Positions 23,099 to 38,746 are shown, numbered from the stretch's first letter. The stretch is DNA of 64,000 nucleotides from Bigelowiella natans CCMP2755 (GCA_000320545.1 ADNK01001574.1:1-64000); one strand, 5' to 3'. The notes: a model not told the origin generated them from the sequence alone. Numbers and translations are program-made.

Positions 23099-24724
23099 TC
23101 AGATAGACACTACATTGAAATTGAGGTCAGAGAGGTAAGACCTGCTTGTACGCGCTGGAGAACCTTTCAGTATTAACCTTTGCAACACCGATGGACTGCC
23201 ATCGTCGTTTGGAGAACGCTCCACTGATGATGATAATGCTCTCAACTGCACGATCACATCGTTTTGGCGCATATTGGACTTTGCCTATGCAGCGAATACA
23301 TAGCACAAAGTTTATCAATGTAAATACTCACACTATCTCTCGGTCACAACGCGCTTATTGCTATGAATGACACCTCCCCAGGAGGAGTGAGTAGTCGTCA
23401 CCAAAAAAGAGCAATAATATAATTGAGCATGAACACTATCATATGCAATGCGATTGTTTTGAGCAGCAGAGATGTCGGCATCGTCATCATTTATCATCAT
23501 ATGCTACCTGGTCAACAACGCATATCGAAGAGGCGTTATATAGGTTGGGGTCGTGGAGATAATGCTGCTTCTGAGCAAAAATGTTTGTGAATATTTCATC
23601 ATCATCGTCGTCGTTGTCATCATCATCTGGCAACAGCCAGCACTACTTTTCATAAGTTGCATTGGGACTCTTTACTTTACAGTGGTGTGTGCGTTTGATC
23701 TAGCAATCAATTCTTGAGAAGCAGCCATAACTTATGTGTATATACCATATCATACGTGTTCTTCTGTATAGTATGTGTTAGTATCTACTTTTCACCTTCG
23801 GAGTAGTAGTGGTAGTGGTAGTGGTTGTAGTAGTAGTAGTAGATGTGTGTTTCGACTTGCAGCTTTGCGGTCGTCTCCAATACAGCATTCTGTTGTTGTT
23901 ATTCTTGGTCATTCTCTTAGTCGTGTTCTCCACCTTCTTCATCATTTTCTTCTCCTTCTTCTTTGTCATCTTGTTCTTCTCCTGCTTCTTCTTCCCTTCA
24001 TTATCATCACTAGAAGCACAACCTATCTTGCTGGTTTTATGCTCTTCTTTGTTCTTTGATATTGCAGATTTCACACTACTTCTTGACATAACCACCTCTT
24101 CTTCTCCTTCTACTTCTTCCTCCTCCTCCTCCTCATCATCATCATTATAATAATACTTTCCTTCTTCTTCTTCGTCTTCTTCATAGGCTGCTACTACAAC
24201 TACTTCCTCCCCCGTCATCACCCCTTGTTCCAAGCTTCTTTCTCGCTGCTGCCTACTGCCTCTTCTTTTCTTCTTCCTTGGGATCGTTGATGCTAATCTC
24301 GTCGTTGGAGCAAGCGTATTGTAGCAGCAGCTGAGGTGATGAGTTTCAGTACAGCTGTCGGTAGCAGCAGCATTGTTGCTCTTGTTCCTGATGTTTATCA
24401 CCGAATTCTGCTGATGATGACTACTGCTGCTGCGGAAGATCAAAGAGCTGCTTTCCAACGATCGTCCCTTTTCCTCCCTCCCCCCCCCCGGAGCTCTCTT
24501 CCCCCAATTCACAGGCGTTAGCACTTGAGCGGGGGAATGGGGAGTGAAAATTCCTAAGAGCTGCTGTTTGTTGCGTTGTAGAAGGGGGGTTAATGGCGGA
24601 GAGAGAAAGGAAGAGGGAGAGAGAAAGGAAGAGGGAAGGAAAAGAACGAATGATAACACTGCTTACTAAATAGACTGCGCGGCACCATCATCATCATCAT
24701 CATCATCATCATCCTCGTAAACAC

Positions 24725-24757
<33 letters not shown>

Positions 24758-24799
24758 CGTAAACACCATCAGCATCATCAGCATCATCATCATCATCAG

Positions 24800-24830
<31 letters not shown>

Positions 24831-25239
24831 AGCAGCAAGAATCACCCCCTCTGATGAGTTCTCATCTTCATCGTCATCGTCGTTATTAGCACCATCCGCT
24901 GTTTGAAGACAAATCCACCTGCATAAATGGATGGGATGTTGATAGTGATAGCAGTCGCAGCAGCTCAAGACAGCTGAGACAAAGCAATCTCTTCATCAAC
25001 TATACTAAATAATGATGCGTTTTTACCACAGAAGTAACAAGAATCTTGAGATACATACAACTGCTAAATGCTCTATCTTTGTTCTTGCTGTCTAAAGTTG
25101 TGGCAGGTGCTGCTCAATTTGTACGATGATGAAGATGCTAATTTTATACAGTGCTAGTAGAATCCGTAGTCAAGTTGTTGTTGTTGTTGGTGGTGGTGGT
25201 GTATTAGTAGCGGTATTATCAAAACAACAACTATTATTA

Positions 25240-25272
<33 letters not shown>

Positions 25273-27312
25273 TTACAGTGCCACTACCTGTACGCACAGA
25301 GCAAACAGAGTACACCAAGAGCGATGTGAAGCGAGAATGTATTTAAGACGAAATGGGCGTCGTTATTCGATAGTGCTGCAGTAGTAGTTCTGCTGCTGCT
25401 ACTGCTGCCCTCTGATCGATTATCATTAACAGATAATAACAAGTAGTAAAGGGAGGTACAAGACAGCACTTCTACTCAAAAGCCCTCCTCATCCTCCTCC
25501 TCATCATCATCATCATTGCCATTATAACATCATTGCATCACCATCCTCATCAGGATCGGATCATCATCATCATCATCATCATCATCATTATTACCATAAG
25601 CGGTGGAGGAAGAGGCCCAGAAAGGACCTAGAATTTGACCGCTCAAGCCGAAGACAGAGAGGATACCCTGAAGAACGATATGAGGAGGAAGAGGAAGATG
25701 AGGATGAAAAGGAGGAGGAGGAGGATGAGGTGTCATTCGTCAAGGATCAGCAGAATATTTGCCGACTAGGTTATTATCATCACCCTCACCACCACCACCA
25801 CATTATCATCAATATCATCATCAGCGCCGATATATCTACTACATGCATCTGGCCACCTGGCTCTGCCCTATATTTTCCTCTTTTATCAGCTTTGTGAACA
25901 AGGAAATGCTACATTTGTACAAACAAACAACAAAATCGACAACATTCAAAATAATAACAAATACTAATAATGACAACAACAATAATCGGACTACACCTAC
26001 GAAGCGAGCCAATCGTTTCAACTGAATGGTTGTGTACTTGGTGGCATAATTCCTCAAATTGCCTCACCACGCACTACTCCTACAACTACTAGTACTACTA
26101 CTACTACTAATAATAATAATAATAGTAATCACCTCCCAGAATGGACAAAGGGAATGGTGAATGCAAGCCAGCAGCACCCAATATAAAACATCCTAAAAAC
26201 GAAGAAATTGCTATGAGTGCTGACGCAACCTCTGTTGCCTTTTATGAGGCGAGAAAGAACAAAGACATGTGAGCAGTAATAGCACCATGATGCCATCGTT
26301 GGAACCCATAACACGATCGATACAATGCAGCCTGATATTATCAAAGATGGTAGCGATGATGATGATGATGATGATACAACTTTAAAGAGAGGATGCACAA
26401 CTACTTCTACTACTACTGCTACAACTACTATTAAATCATCATCTTCATCATTGCTGCTGCTGCTACTAATAACAGCATATGATTTCTTACAGTTAGAAAT
26501 CGTAATCATCATCAGCATCAACATCATCAATAATCAATGTCGGTAACATCGCCTCTCTCCTATCACCACCACAACCACAACCACAAACACCACACAATCT
26601 GACGATGCCTTGACGACCGGATATCTGCAATGTCAACCCTATGAACACCAAGGCCGCATCGGTGTAGCACTTGGACAGCATTTCGGCCACAAAGGCGCCG
26701 ATAATCAACGACGCTGAGATCACAGCAAAGACAATGCTGTTACGAAGAGGCCCCCACGCAAATGCCTAGATGATGTAGTAAACAAACAACAGGGAAGTCA
26801 CCAAAAGAGGAGCGGGGGGGGGAGGGAGGGAGGGGGGGGATAACAACCTCAGAATAATACTAACAGGAAGTAATGCAGGATATTGAAAGAGAAAACCAAC
26901 ACTGCAAGATGGTTAGCGTGATACGAATTATATTATATATCAAAATATATAAAATATATGCACATGTGATGTAGTAGTTGTTTTTGTAGTAGTATTAGTA
27001 TTAGTAGAAGTAGTAGTTAAATATTCTTCTTCCGTTTCAATAGCTCTACTACTACTACTACTACTACTACTACTATGTTCCTATCCATAAGCTCTACTAC
27101 TAATACTACACAGACACACTCCTCCTCATTCTCCTCCTCGCTTTGAGTTGTTGCATTGTCGTATCTCCTATGATACTCGAGGGAATAACTACTACTACTA
27201 CTACTACTGCTACTGCTGCTGCTACCCTTTGGGTGACGGGGGTTAGAACCGTCTCGAAGCTGCCGAGAAAGAAGAAGGAACACCATTGAATAAAGAATAC
27301 CTCCTGCAAAGT

Positions 27313-27357
<45 letters not shown>

Positions 27358-29108
27358 TAAGCAGATAGACGATAGACTGATCAGTTTATAAACAGATCTT
27401 AATTCAGAAGCAAAAGGACTGCTGCTAGTTTGATGTCCGATTCTCATTTTCGTCGTCAATCATCCCTTCTCTGCATTAATAATTACCAGAAGTATCCGTC
27501 TATACTCGAAGTTAGACATCGACTTTGTAGAATTTTGGCACGCTGAGTGCTCGCTATTTATTGAGTAATAGTTTGTTACTCTGCTATCCGGATTGCTGCT
27601 ATTCTGTTGTTCTTGGTCCTCTCCTTTCCCATCATAATCCTTGCTCTCACCACCACCAGCCCCCCCATTGTTTCTAGGTCGTTTCCTGTTCGTCGGCTCC
27701 TCGAGAATGATGTTGATAGCGATTAACAGTACGAGAGCCCACAAGCACATGAAATATCTGATGGGTAAATGAATACATATATGCAGAGGTGGTCGTCATC
27801 CATTGTGCTCTCTCATCTTCATTGGTGGGAGGAGTGTTATTGTATTATGAACGAGGTAATATCAAATGATTTCTTCTTTTATAACCCTGGGGCAGTGACA
27901 GCATTCATCCACGAATTTCTTGGTAATATGTGCGGCTCGAAAGTGCTCTTTTCCCAGTCGTTGATATGGCTGCTCTGCTTTGCACCAATGATGGTTTGCC
28001 CGCTGCTACTACTGCTGTTTTCAACCGACCCTGCATCATCGAGAAACGAGAAGAGTAGCTGAAATGCAGGACCGAATACCATTCCTAACATCCGTGGAAT
28101 CTGTGAAGGGGAAGGAGGAGGAAGAGGAGGAGGAGGAGAGAAAAGAGAAATAAAATGAGGAAACCTACAGTAGAATCCTTTCCACCATGTTATCAAATGC
28201 AAAACAAATGTTTCGTAATACATCATCATCATCTTCTATCCATCCACAAGTGAAGTGGGGATCCCATACCTGCATTCTCATGATCCATCGTGTACGATCT
28301 TCTTTCCTCGTCACTCTTGCTGTATATGAGATGGCAAGGTCGACATTCGATCCCCCTATCCCTGCCAGTGCTCTTCCCATTATCAGTAACATGAGAGACC
28401 GCATTCCCCACGCACTTCCGTACATTGCCTAAATTATTTGAATAGCCTCGTTATCAGTCACACACTGGGAAATGCCACTACATGACATACAGAAGTACAT
28501 CATATGAAATAAGAAAGAAAATATGAATAGAGCAAATCCAATTCATCACGGATTCGTCGTACGTTTCCAATGATGACGAAGGTAATAGTGACGTTGAAGA
28601 TGCCACGGAATGAGAACTTGTCCGATATCCAGCCTGTAAGGAAGAAGTTGGTGATATTTAAGGGGACTGTGTTCAATAGTAGTCCTGTTGCAGTGTAAAA
28701 CTTGCAAATATTCGTCAGAGATTATGGGAAATTACAGTGATTCCTAACCTGCAATGGGACGACTGAGCATCGATGCGACCGAGAACACCTGCATAGGTGT
28801 GCGTTAAAAAACATATCTATTCCACTCTTATTGAGGATCGAGCATTGAGAATATCTTACAGATATGGAAACGGCGAAGGCGGTCTTTCCGCCATTAAGCC
28901 CCCCGACGTACGTGAGAAGAGAGGGCATGATAATACTAAGGTTATGTGTCAGGCATGATTTACCAATGCAACGTCTCAATAGAGTACATGGCTCATAAAG
29001 AAAGAACATATTCAGGGCAAAGTTCACGTACCTGTACTCTACGCTTAACGTCATGATAATCCATCCGTTAAGAAACAGGGATCTGAGGTAGCGTTGCCCC
29101 TCCCCCAT
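23099..29108 (-). CDS. MFSD8/CLN7-like major facilitator transporter with a long acidic, low-complexity C-terminal tail (multi-exon)
   Basis: Spliced reading gives SIIMPSLLTYV, SRPIAGWISDK, LIMGRALAGIGGSN...SYTARVT...R, GMVFGPAF, SLFTKL and QGILSVFGLSGQILGPFW. The 3' end (tail exons and stop) is tentative. Confidence 0.85.
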
Positions 29109-29946
29109 GATTCTCTCACCCTACTCGATGTCAAATTTAATGAGTAGGACTTCCGTCTTTGGTCTTACAATTTAAGCTCATTTCTGGTAGATGTTTTCTC
29201 TTGACTAATCCTCATGCTCCAGCGTAAAGCACTTTTTATTGCGAGAGTCTCATATCTACAGTTGTCGCAAACTTAAAAAACTGGAAACCGAGAACATCTG
29301 AGATTTCTTATCCGTTTGGTGTTATATCTTAGGAGCATTTGTGAACACCAGGTGCTCTATTAGTAAGAACGGGTTGCGATAAATCTTAATATCGAACATT
29401 CCGAACAAGATATTTCAAATATGATCTGATATTTTCACATGAGACAAGGAGACGGAGATCAGTATTACGTGTGTTGTCGCAGGATAAAATCGCTGTGCTC
29501 ACGTATAGTTTTTCGTTGTCGCAGGAGTGAAAACAAGCACGCTTTTCGCACACCGTTGAAACTACGAGCAGGAGCTCCTGCCCCCTCCCGTGTAATGTGC
29601 AGAAATTAACAAGATAGGCAGCAATGGTATAGTTTGATCCGAAAATATTATTCAACACATTCTGTTAGTGTCCTCAAGAGTTTGTTGCTGTGATACCTTT
29701 TTAATCGACACTTCCTTGGCTCTTTGAGCAAACGTTTCGACCTACCCTCCCCCAATACACCTCACACCATTTTCGGCTTTAAGTACACCGCCACTTTTCC
29801 CAAAATATCGTTGGACATTCTCATGGGCATCCTGAACCAATAGTCCCACATCTAGATTTGTCAGAAGGCCTGAATTAATCAGTGATACTGGACAAATAAT
29901 TATCCTTCCTTATCTGGTAGTCCCCATACAGAGATTGATCTAGCAC

Positions 29947-32900
29947 TTGCCGAAGAAAAGCGTGCTAAAGATTGCCATGGAAAACGGACTTCTAAGCCCG
30001 GCACATGAGATTTCGAACAGTGCATGCACAGGTCCCGTAGTACTGCCCTATCCAGAACGGAGCAAAAAACTGTTATTCACTGCGATTAATAATGTTCTCA
30101 CAGGTCAGTTGCTTCGAAAGTGTCCGAAAAGGGTGCTAGGCAAGCGTGTGTGGCAAAAGCGCTTCTTTGTATTGGAGCCAGAGAAGAGGACAATTGCCTA
30201 TTATGCTAACTCGAAGACAGGAACAATGTAATTTGCGTATCAGTTGGTCATTAGGAAGCTAGTAGTTAGTATTACAAGAAGAGGGAAGAAGGAGATTGGT
30301 GGGCATGCTAGGGCTGAGTACAATCTAGATAGTCCTGTTTCAAAGATTAAATTTCATGGTAACTGGTTTTGTTTTTTTGAAGGCCAATGGGAGTAATAGC
30401 TGTACAAGCTATACGCGGTGTCAACAATGTAGAGGAGAGTAAGAAGAACTACACCTCTCGATTCACAATCGACCTTACAGGTAATAAATAACGAATGAAT
30501 GATTTGAAACCCATCGAAGCAGCAGCAAGAAAAGTGTAGAGTATGCTCCCACTTCACTGTGTCTAATTGTAATCATCACCCCAATAGGAGATTGGTTGTT
30601 TGAGCTCCGCGCTCAGTCCCGAGCCGAGAAGGAACGATGGTTACTGGCCGTCAAGGATATGCTCAAAGTGATGATATTACCCTTCATTCAAACTCAAAAA
30701 TATATTATAAGAGTATAATCTCCTCATCTTACTTTTGTGGTTTGGTGCTTTTCATGCTGTCTCCCATAGGAAAACGTGGAGTTTCGCCACATTTTAGAGA
30801 AGTTCAAACACTCGAAGGTATGGTGCTCTCACCCAAACTATCGTAATTCATATTGCATCGCGTGAGAGAAAGAATATCAACAAAAGATCACAGCTGGAAG
30901 CTGATGAATACTAATGCCGTCTACATATATATAAACTGCAGTGTGCACGTATGTATCAGTGTGTCTTTTGCCATTCACAAGACATAGAAGGACATCTCAA
31001 TAAACTGTCCTCTGCATGATATATTCCTTCTCGTTAGTATTGGAAGCCAAGCATTTACCAGAAGCTGGCAGATGACATAGAGAAGGAGCGAAAGAGAACA
31101 CAGAAGATCTACGGTACATGAATAACATACAACGCCTTTGTCAGGATATCAACAACGCAATGGGTTACAGAAAAATGGATTTCTTCTCACTCCAAATTGC
31201 AGATGATATTATTCAGAGTAGCATGTAATAGCGTATGTCCTTGCCATCCTGTTTTTTGGTTTGTCCCTTCTCCTCCCAGATGCTGATGCGAAGAAGGCTA
31301 CGAAAGACTCACACAGACGGTATGTGTACTACGTGCCATAGTAGGAGATAGAGAAGTAGCTTCACGGTATTATCGATAGTATCGAAGATGAGCATGAGGA
31401 TGAAGAGGATGACGACGAGTGATGATGGTGATGATGTTCATGTGAAAAATTGGTGTTGCACTGAACGCGAGCTGTTATATATCATATTGTAGTAAAACCA
31501 TTGCCCGTGAAGTCCAAAGCGCCGTAGAGTCGTATGCCGGCGTTAGCCGAGTCAATAGCCAGAGGTACAAAGTCATTACATCTATCATAACAACGATGGT
31601 AGCAGTAGCATTCGCATCGGGATCCCCTTATTCTATAGCATGTGCACACACTATGAGAGAATCTTGGGGTTGAACGATTTGAATCCTCATGAAAATTAGT
31701 GTGTAATGCCTCGTTTCGCCACCCCCCTCCCCTATTCCTGGCCTCCCTTTTCTCTTATTTTGTTCGTTAGGAGATCGAAGATCGGTGGGATGGGTGAGTA
31801 GTAGATCCCCTTATTATTGATATTTGCGTAAGTGCCTCGTTGCATCTTAATATATTATTAAGCTATGTTTATTGCTCTCGGGTTAGCAAGTCAATGCTTT
31901 CTGTGCTCATGCTTTCTTTTTGCTTTTTATCGTCGTAGTATCAGAGGTAGGTGGCTCGCATTCAAGGCAGATATCAGGTAGGGGGGGAGGGGGCCAACGG
32001 CATTACAATCTTGTTTTTTAAATTTGAAGGAAAGAGAGGAGGAAAAGGAGAAGGATCGAGGAAAATCAGCAGAATATACACCTCCAACATCATTAGAATA
32101 GTGATATCCTGATGACGACGAAGTATGCTATGCCTCTGATAATTTGTGATATCTTCCTTGTTTTAGAAGTATGGTTTGTGTGATTATTCGTTTGTAGGCC
32201 TGCCCCCGAAGAAACGACAACAAATGAAGTCGCTGCTGTCCGTTATCCAATCACGGGAAGCAGTTCCTGGTTTAAGAGACTCCATGTAAGTTTTTAGGCC
32301 AACGATAGAAACCTAACCATGCCACCGACGATGAAGACGATCATAAGGGAGGAAACACTCCGATGTATGTTCGTTGCTGATCTCTCGCAAACACCTTCTT
32401 CTTCTTCTTCTTCTTCTTCTTTGTCTTCTACGTATTGTCGTAGGCATTCATCGCAAGAGGCAGGCCGTGCAACGGGGGTTGCATCAACAATTTCCCATAA
32501 CGACACGCTACAAATGATGAAGAAGGATCGTAGCAGCAGCAGCAACAACAATAACAACAATAGTAGTAATGATAGTAATAATGGTACGTTGAAAGGGAGA
32601 TCACCTTTGGCAGACGTTACTCAGAAAGCTAGCAAAGGAGGAGGGGGGGGAGAAGGAGGAGGTGACGCGAGAGGAAAAGAAGACGGAGGAGGAGGAGAAG
32701 GAGGAGGAAGCAACGACAACAAATTAAGGTTCGTCTCCGATAATAAGCAGCCCAAAGAATAAAGTACAAAAACATGAACAACACACATACGGAGGAAGGA
32801 ATTCGGAATAGTTCTCAAAGACAATAGCTGTGGGAAAGTGCCAGATTGTTCCATAAATTCCAACCACCAAAACGCCAAAACGTCCTTTTATCATTTTGGC

Positions 32901-33930
32901 AGATTCTTCCTCTTTTTCCTCATGATCTCCGTACTGTGATAGATAGAAATAAGCGCTGCTATTTCATTGGCCATCCACAACAGGCATTCCCGTGGGCGCA
33001 GTCGTGGAGCTCTTACAACGGATAATAATAACCGATCTCCTCGCAGTAGAAGCCACTCAAGATCTCGTAGTAGCAGAGGTAGTAGTAGTAGTAGTAGCAG
33101 TGGTGGTAGTTTTAAGTCTAGTTAGTGGTAGTATCCATAGCAGCTGTCTGTAGGGGAGGGGAGGAAAGGAAGAATACAAAGCACGAGGAGGAGTCGTTCT
33201 GCTGCCATCTACCACCCCGCTGCTTTGCGTATTTAACGATACTAGGTGTATGGTAATAGTAGCTTGCAGAGATGTGGCTTTGGGAATCGTCGTCGTCTTC
33301 GTCTATCTCTTTTAATCCGCCATCATCATCGTTATCATTATCATTGTTAGGTAAAAGTAAGGGTGGTGGTGGTAACGGTGATAGAATCGTGGCAGCACCA
33401 AACCAACAGCCGTTTGAGATCAAAATGAGTGAGGTCGTGGGTTCTCAGCAGCAGCAGCAGCATCATCGTCCTATTGTCAACATCAAAGCAGGTGACAGCA
33501 GCAGAAGAAGGAAAAGAAGAGGAAAAAAAAAACAAACTAAAACCTGATGAGACGCTATGTAAAGAGGCGGGGAGATCGAAGCTTTTATTTCTCATGCAAC
33601 CCAATTAACGCAACATCCACATAACCAAGAAATGCTTGTTTGTTATAATATTAACATACAAATACGTATGCATACATGTTCGTGGTTGTTTGCTGCTTGA
33701 TTATATGAATAGAGGCCTCCTTGTGAAGTGAATCGTCATCTATCTACATTCTGTCGTCATCATCATCCTTCTCACGCAACAACCAATAGGACCTGCGGAA
33801 ACGCCATTCCCCACGAAAAGTAGGACATCGTCAACTAATCATAGGACCGACGATAATAAGCTGCCGCCATCATCATCCTCCTCCGGAATCATGCCGAATC
33901 CGGTTAAAGGTTTGTATCGCTCTTCCTCTG

Positions 33931-33979
<49 letters not shown>

Positions 33980-35721
33980 ACACACACACACACACACAAA
34001 CAAATCCTTCTTCCTCGGATGCCATCATCCTCTTCTGTCACAAATTGACTACTAATATGAATATCATGCTGATGGTGATGATGATTCTGATGTGTATAGG
34101 CTACAACAACAACTCCAAGATTCCATTGATCGTCAGCGAGCAGCCACAGCAGCAACAACGACAGCAACATCGTCATCATTATCTACGCGGCCATAGAGCT
34201 CCCAACTATGACAACATGATCAGTAGCAATAATCTCCACACGCGGCTTCAGCAGCCGATAATACTAAACAGCGGTATAAATCTAGACGACCAGCTGCTGC
34301 ACACGGGGGGGGGCAGCACCCTCATTACCACATCAACCCAGCCCGGTAATAATACAAGCTCTTCACATAGCAATGAAGCACATCCAATGCAGCCACGGCC
34401 TAATCACCACCAGCAGGTAAAAAAGAAGATCAAACGCTACTCACTGAATAACCACAGGAGGAGGAGGTTGAGGGGGGGTAGGAAGAGAATGGGAGTTGGC
34501 AAAAAAGGAACAGAGATATTATGATAGCAGAAATAGGATGTGGCCAACAGCACAATGTTTGACAAAATAACCAATCGATTCTTCGGTTGATTAAGCAACA
34601 GCTGCAACGCCGATTGATAGTTATTGCTTAAATAGTGAGACAGTATTAGCAAGTATATGATTACATTTTCTTATGACAAAAGTTGTGTGATTCTACACTC
34701 AGCAGCCGCGCGATCATAATCATCATCAAGCCCGAGGCGAGTCGTCTCCGATAAGTCTCGTCATCGATAAGGCAACCAGTATGCCGACCGCCACAAACAA
34801 TGGGGAGGCGAATAGACATTCTCATAACCACCGCTACGGTAACAAGGAAAGCGTGAGAAAGGGGGGGGGGATGGAAGGGGGGGCGGAAGAAGAAACAGAA
34901 AATCCTGACGCATCGAAGAGCAAGCGAAAAAAATGAAAAACGAATACTATACAAAGTGACTCAGTCCGTAGTACGAAAGTGGGGAAGATATTGATTGAGT
35001 TGCTGCCAATTATTATGTATTCTATTCTGATAAACAGCGGGAAATAGATGTAGCAGTATTCCTAGTGAGTGGGGTCCTTCTTCATCATCGTGATACCGAA
35101 TAAATTAAATAAAGAATATGTATTTTAGAGGCCTGTAGCGACAACGCAAATAGCAGCAACAACAGCCAGCAACCTAGTCACATGGTAAGGAAAGTAGCGT
35201 CATTACTATTAAAAATCGTGGATATTGTGGTGATGCTGCTGCTACTGCTGAGAGCACCATACTGCTAAATGCCACGCAGCAAAGCGCACATGCTTACTAA
35301 TATCGTCTACTTCCTCCTCATCCTCATCAGCGTCTTTTGTTGTGTGGTTGATGTTAATCAGAACAACCACCATCGAGGCCGGAGGTCTCGGGTAGTATCA
35401 ATCGATGCATTCGACAAAGTCCTGACGAGGAATAGGTCCGATTTCGCTGCTGTGTGTCGTTGTAGGCTTCTCCTGTTCGCGTGCTTAGATTCTTGATTGC
35501 GAGAGAAGGAGAGGCGGGGTGCTTGTCATGTCGCCACACATGTGACAATGATGACTACTTTTCAAACGTCGTGATATGAGAACTCCTTTGAGTTCCTCAG
35601 AATCCTTCAACACCCGTGTTTACACTGCGCCAAAATTGGCAGACGTCTCGAATATAAACCTACTCTCGCATCATAACTGCTCGTTAAAGTTGTTCGCATG
35701 AATTTTCAGCACTAGTACAAA

Positions 35722-35752
<31 letters not shown>

Positions 35753-36584
35753 GTCACCACCTGATTCTTGTTACTATCACTCCAAATCTCCCCGAGCATT
35801 TTTGGTCGATCAGCAAATTCCTTAGATCGTTCGAAAGTACACTAAAAAGAACCCTTTTATTTAATTTTACTTTCCCCTCCCCCTTTCACCTCTCCTCAGA
35901 ACACACCGAAGACGTAGCATGAGCAATGTGGCCATGCAGCAAGATGATCAAAGAGGGAGCGCAGCAGCCCCAAGAATAGACAAGATACTCTTCTCAGAAT
36001 CTGCAGATTCGATAAGAAGCTTTGGGAGGCTATCCGAGCAGGCACATAATAATAATAATAATAATGACGGGAAGGACAACATGCAACGCCTCTCCCGTTT
36101 TAGAGAATCGAAAGGTCAATCAACGAATAAGAGGAATGAAAGGAAGAAGACCGTGGTGACGACGATAAATATAGATTATATTGGCTGTGGCTCGGTAGCC
36201 AAATCACTCCTACTTCTTGAAATACCCGCCTGTCTGTTGTCGTGTGATCTGCTTACGTGTGGGTGTTTGTGCGTGTGCGTGTGTGTGTGTGTGTGTGTTT
36301 GTGGATGTTCAATCTTGGTTTGCATCTTATTGATGGGTGGCTCTGGCAATGGTGCTGCTGTAACAGATTGGCCGCGGGCGAAATCGTCGGTTGTGAACTC
36401 AATTTCTACGTATGGACAACGATCAAGCTCCTTCATGAGGCCTAGCGTCGGATCAGAAGCAGGTTTGGGAAAATTTTATTCAATGATTGTAAGGATGGTG
36501 ATAATGAGGAGAATGGGGGGGGGCAAGGATGTGACTATTAGTGGATGCAAGTTGACTAAAATTAATGTTTCTTTTAGGCAATAA
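29947..36584 (+). CDS. PH-domain protein with long low-complexity C-terminal region (multi-exon; start probably further upstream, about 29.4 kb)
   Basis: GQLLRKCPKRVLGKRVWQKRFFVL...IAYY and LFELRAQSRAEKERWLLAVK form a PH domain. Downstream open, phase-compatible exons (e.g. about 33790-33909 and from about 34100) are S/Q/N/H-rich. Continuity across 33.5 kb needs a homopolymer adjustment or an unseen splice. Confidence 0.65.
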
Positions 36585-37258
36585 AGAGGTGCAGAGGCAT
36601 GATATCGACCAAATGTTTAATGATCTCTGAGAGTATTATTGTAATCTTTATCTCAACGCAAATGCAGTAGCGCGTGTACGTCTGTGTAGCACCCAATGCA
36701 CCACATGCTGTTCAACAGAGGCACTGCGTACTTGTGCCTCGGTTATGCAAATCGCAACGACAGGCATGCATGTGCAGAATAATCGGGGTAGGGCTCAAGT
36801 GATTACTCGTGCAAGATGTGCGTCATGCATGCATTGTTGCATTGCGCGCTAGCGCGGGCTCGATTTCGACTTTGCGACCAGCATATATTTAGATGTCATG
36901 AACGCTAAACATCGTCGCATCGTAGCCTTCTTGCGCGTTGCGACATTGCAGAGTAGCCACCAAAGCTAGAAAGCAGCATCGTTACTGCTAAAAGCTAATA
37001 ACTAGCAATAAAGGCTGGCGCATTCATCACAAGCCGTGCATGCCTATATATGCACGCGACTTATTATTGTGCCGTAATATTACGCTATAATTATATTATA
37101 CATTAACGAAGACGTATACACATGGCTGACGCCCATTATTAGACCATGACACGCACAGTAGCGGCGCAATTAAGCAGCATGATAATGTGCACGGGAATTG
37201 AATAAGTGGTAGTTCGTTCCTCTAGTATACAATAAAATTGTACATTTAGTCAGCTAGG

Positions 37259-37659
37259 TCATGAGGGGGGGCGAGGTGGAGGCTTCTGCCGTTTAAATAG
37301 CTTACTAGGTTTTGTTGAATCAACCTCTCCCTTCAAAGCTGCTGCCATTCTGCTGCTGCTATTGGGATCTGATGTCTCTAATAAACTATTATTATCATAA
37401 TAATCGCTTCTAATAGTTGCTTCATTTACTACTTGTCCACGTCTTCCGACCATCCAGGACAAGATCTGCAATTTTATGATTATTCCAATGAGGAGGAGGA
37501 GGATGAGGAGGAGGAGGAGGAGGAGGAGGAGGAGGAGGAGGAAGAGGATCAAGATTTGATGAAAATGGAGGGGGAAGCAGCATATCTTTTTGCATACGCA
37601 CACGCACCATAAACACACAGCTACATAATATATGAATTATATATGTAGAGAGAGAGAGA

Positions 37660-37695
<36 letters not shown>

Positions 37696-38705
37696 CTAAA
37701 GCACACCTTTCTGAAACGGCCGCGCAGTTCTGGACGCCTTCATATTCAAAGTAATCATCATCAAATTGACGTTTTTTATTCAAAGAAATCGTCTCGTATC
37801 AGCATCGATCTATTTGTTTGTGCGATAGTCGAATACGGGAACCATAGAAGAGTTGCTTTCTATTTATCTCCTTCCCCTCCCTCCTCATATACTCCCCTCT
37901 TTCGTCGTCGTCGTCTTCTTCATCATCACCATCGTCAAGAGACGCAATAAAATTGACCTAAAACTTGAAAAATAAGGGCGGGGGCGAAGGCTCGCATGTG
38001 CAAATATAGCCAGGCCTGTCCAAACCTACAAGGAATGAAGCGCGTCCGTCACAAAAGAAGTACATCACGAAGCTGAACACACGAGGAGACTTACTATTCC
38101 ATCAAATGCGGATATGAAGCCGAGCTCATATGACACTAAACTCATGAAACTTAGAAGAGCGTAGTTTCCACAGTAGTAGCTCAAATTATCAGATATTCTG
38201 CAGTGAAAGGAGGACAGATCAGGCGCGACAAGATTGGGAAGATACGTGAAACACGCCAACACGCGAATAAGTAAAATGAAAGAATGGGGGCGATGTGCTC
38301 TTATTTGCATTGAAGTGTAATGATGATGATAATGATGATGATGAGAGTGATGGCTGGTGTTAAGTGCGGACGATACATAAGTAGTGCGCTCGTGTTGCTA
38401 CTTAAATACCTTTGGTTGAGTCGCTCTGGGTCTTTCCACGCAGCAGTGTTGAATCGGAACATAAATTCTCGTAACGGTCGGACGCTGCCAAAAGGAAGAA
38501 AGCGCAAGAATGTGACAATTGTGTACATGACAATCATAGTTGTCGCCTTGTACAGTATGGCAATAAGGGAATGATCCGTACTTGATGGATGGAGGAGATT
38601 GGGAGGCAGTAGGGAGTGGGGATCCAACAGCCGCATGCCTTTCACTACTTGTTCTGGAAACTACGACATGACAGCACCAGCAAGCACAGTGAGGGAGAGA
38701 GAAAT

Positions 38706-38746
<41 letters not shown>

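Noticed and set aside
34437-34954. Membrane-protein-like peptides on the minus strand
   Set aside because: The plus strand gives open, phase-compatible exons of the PH-domain gene, while minus-strand frames are broken by stops.
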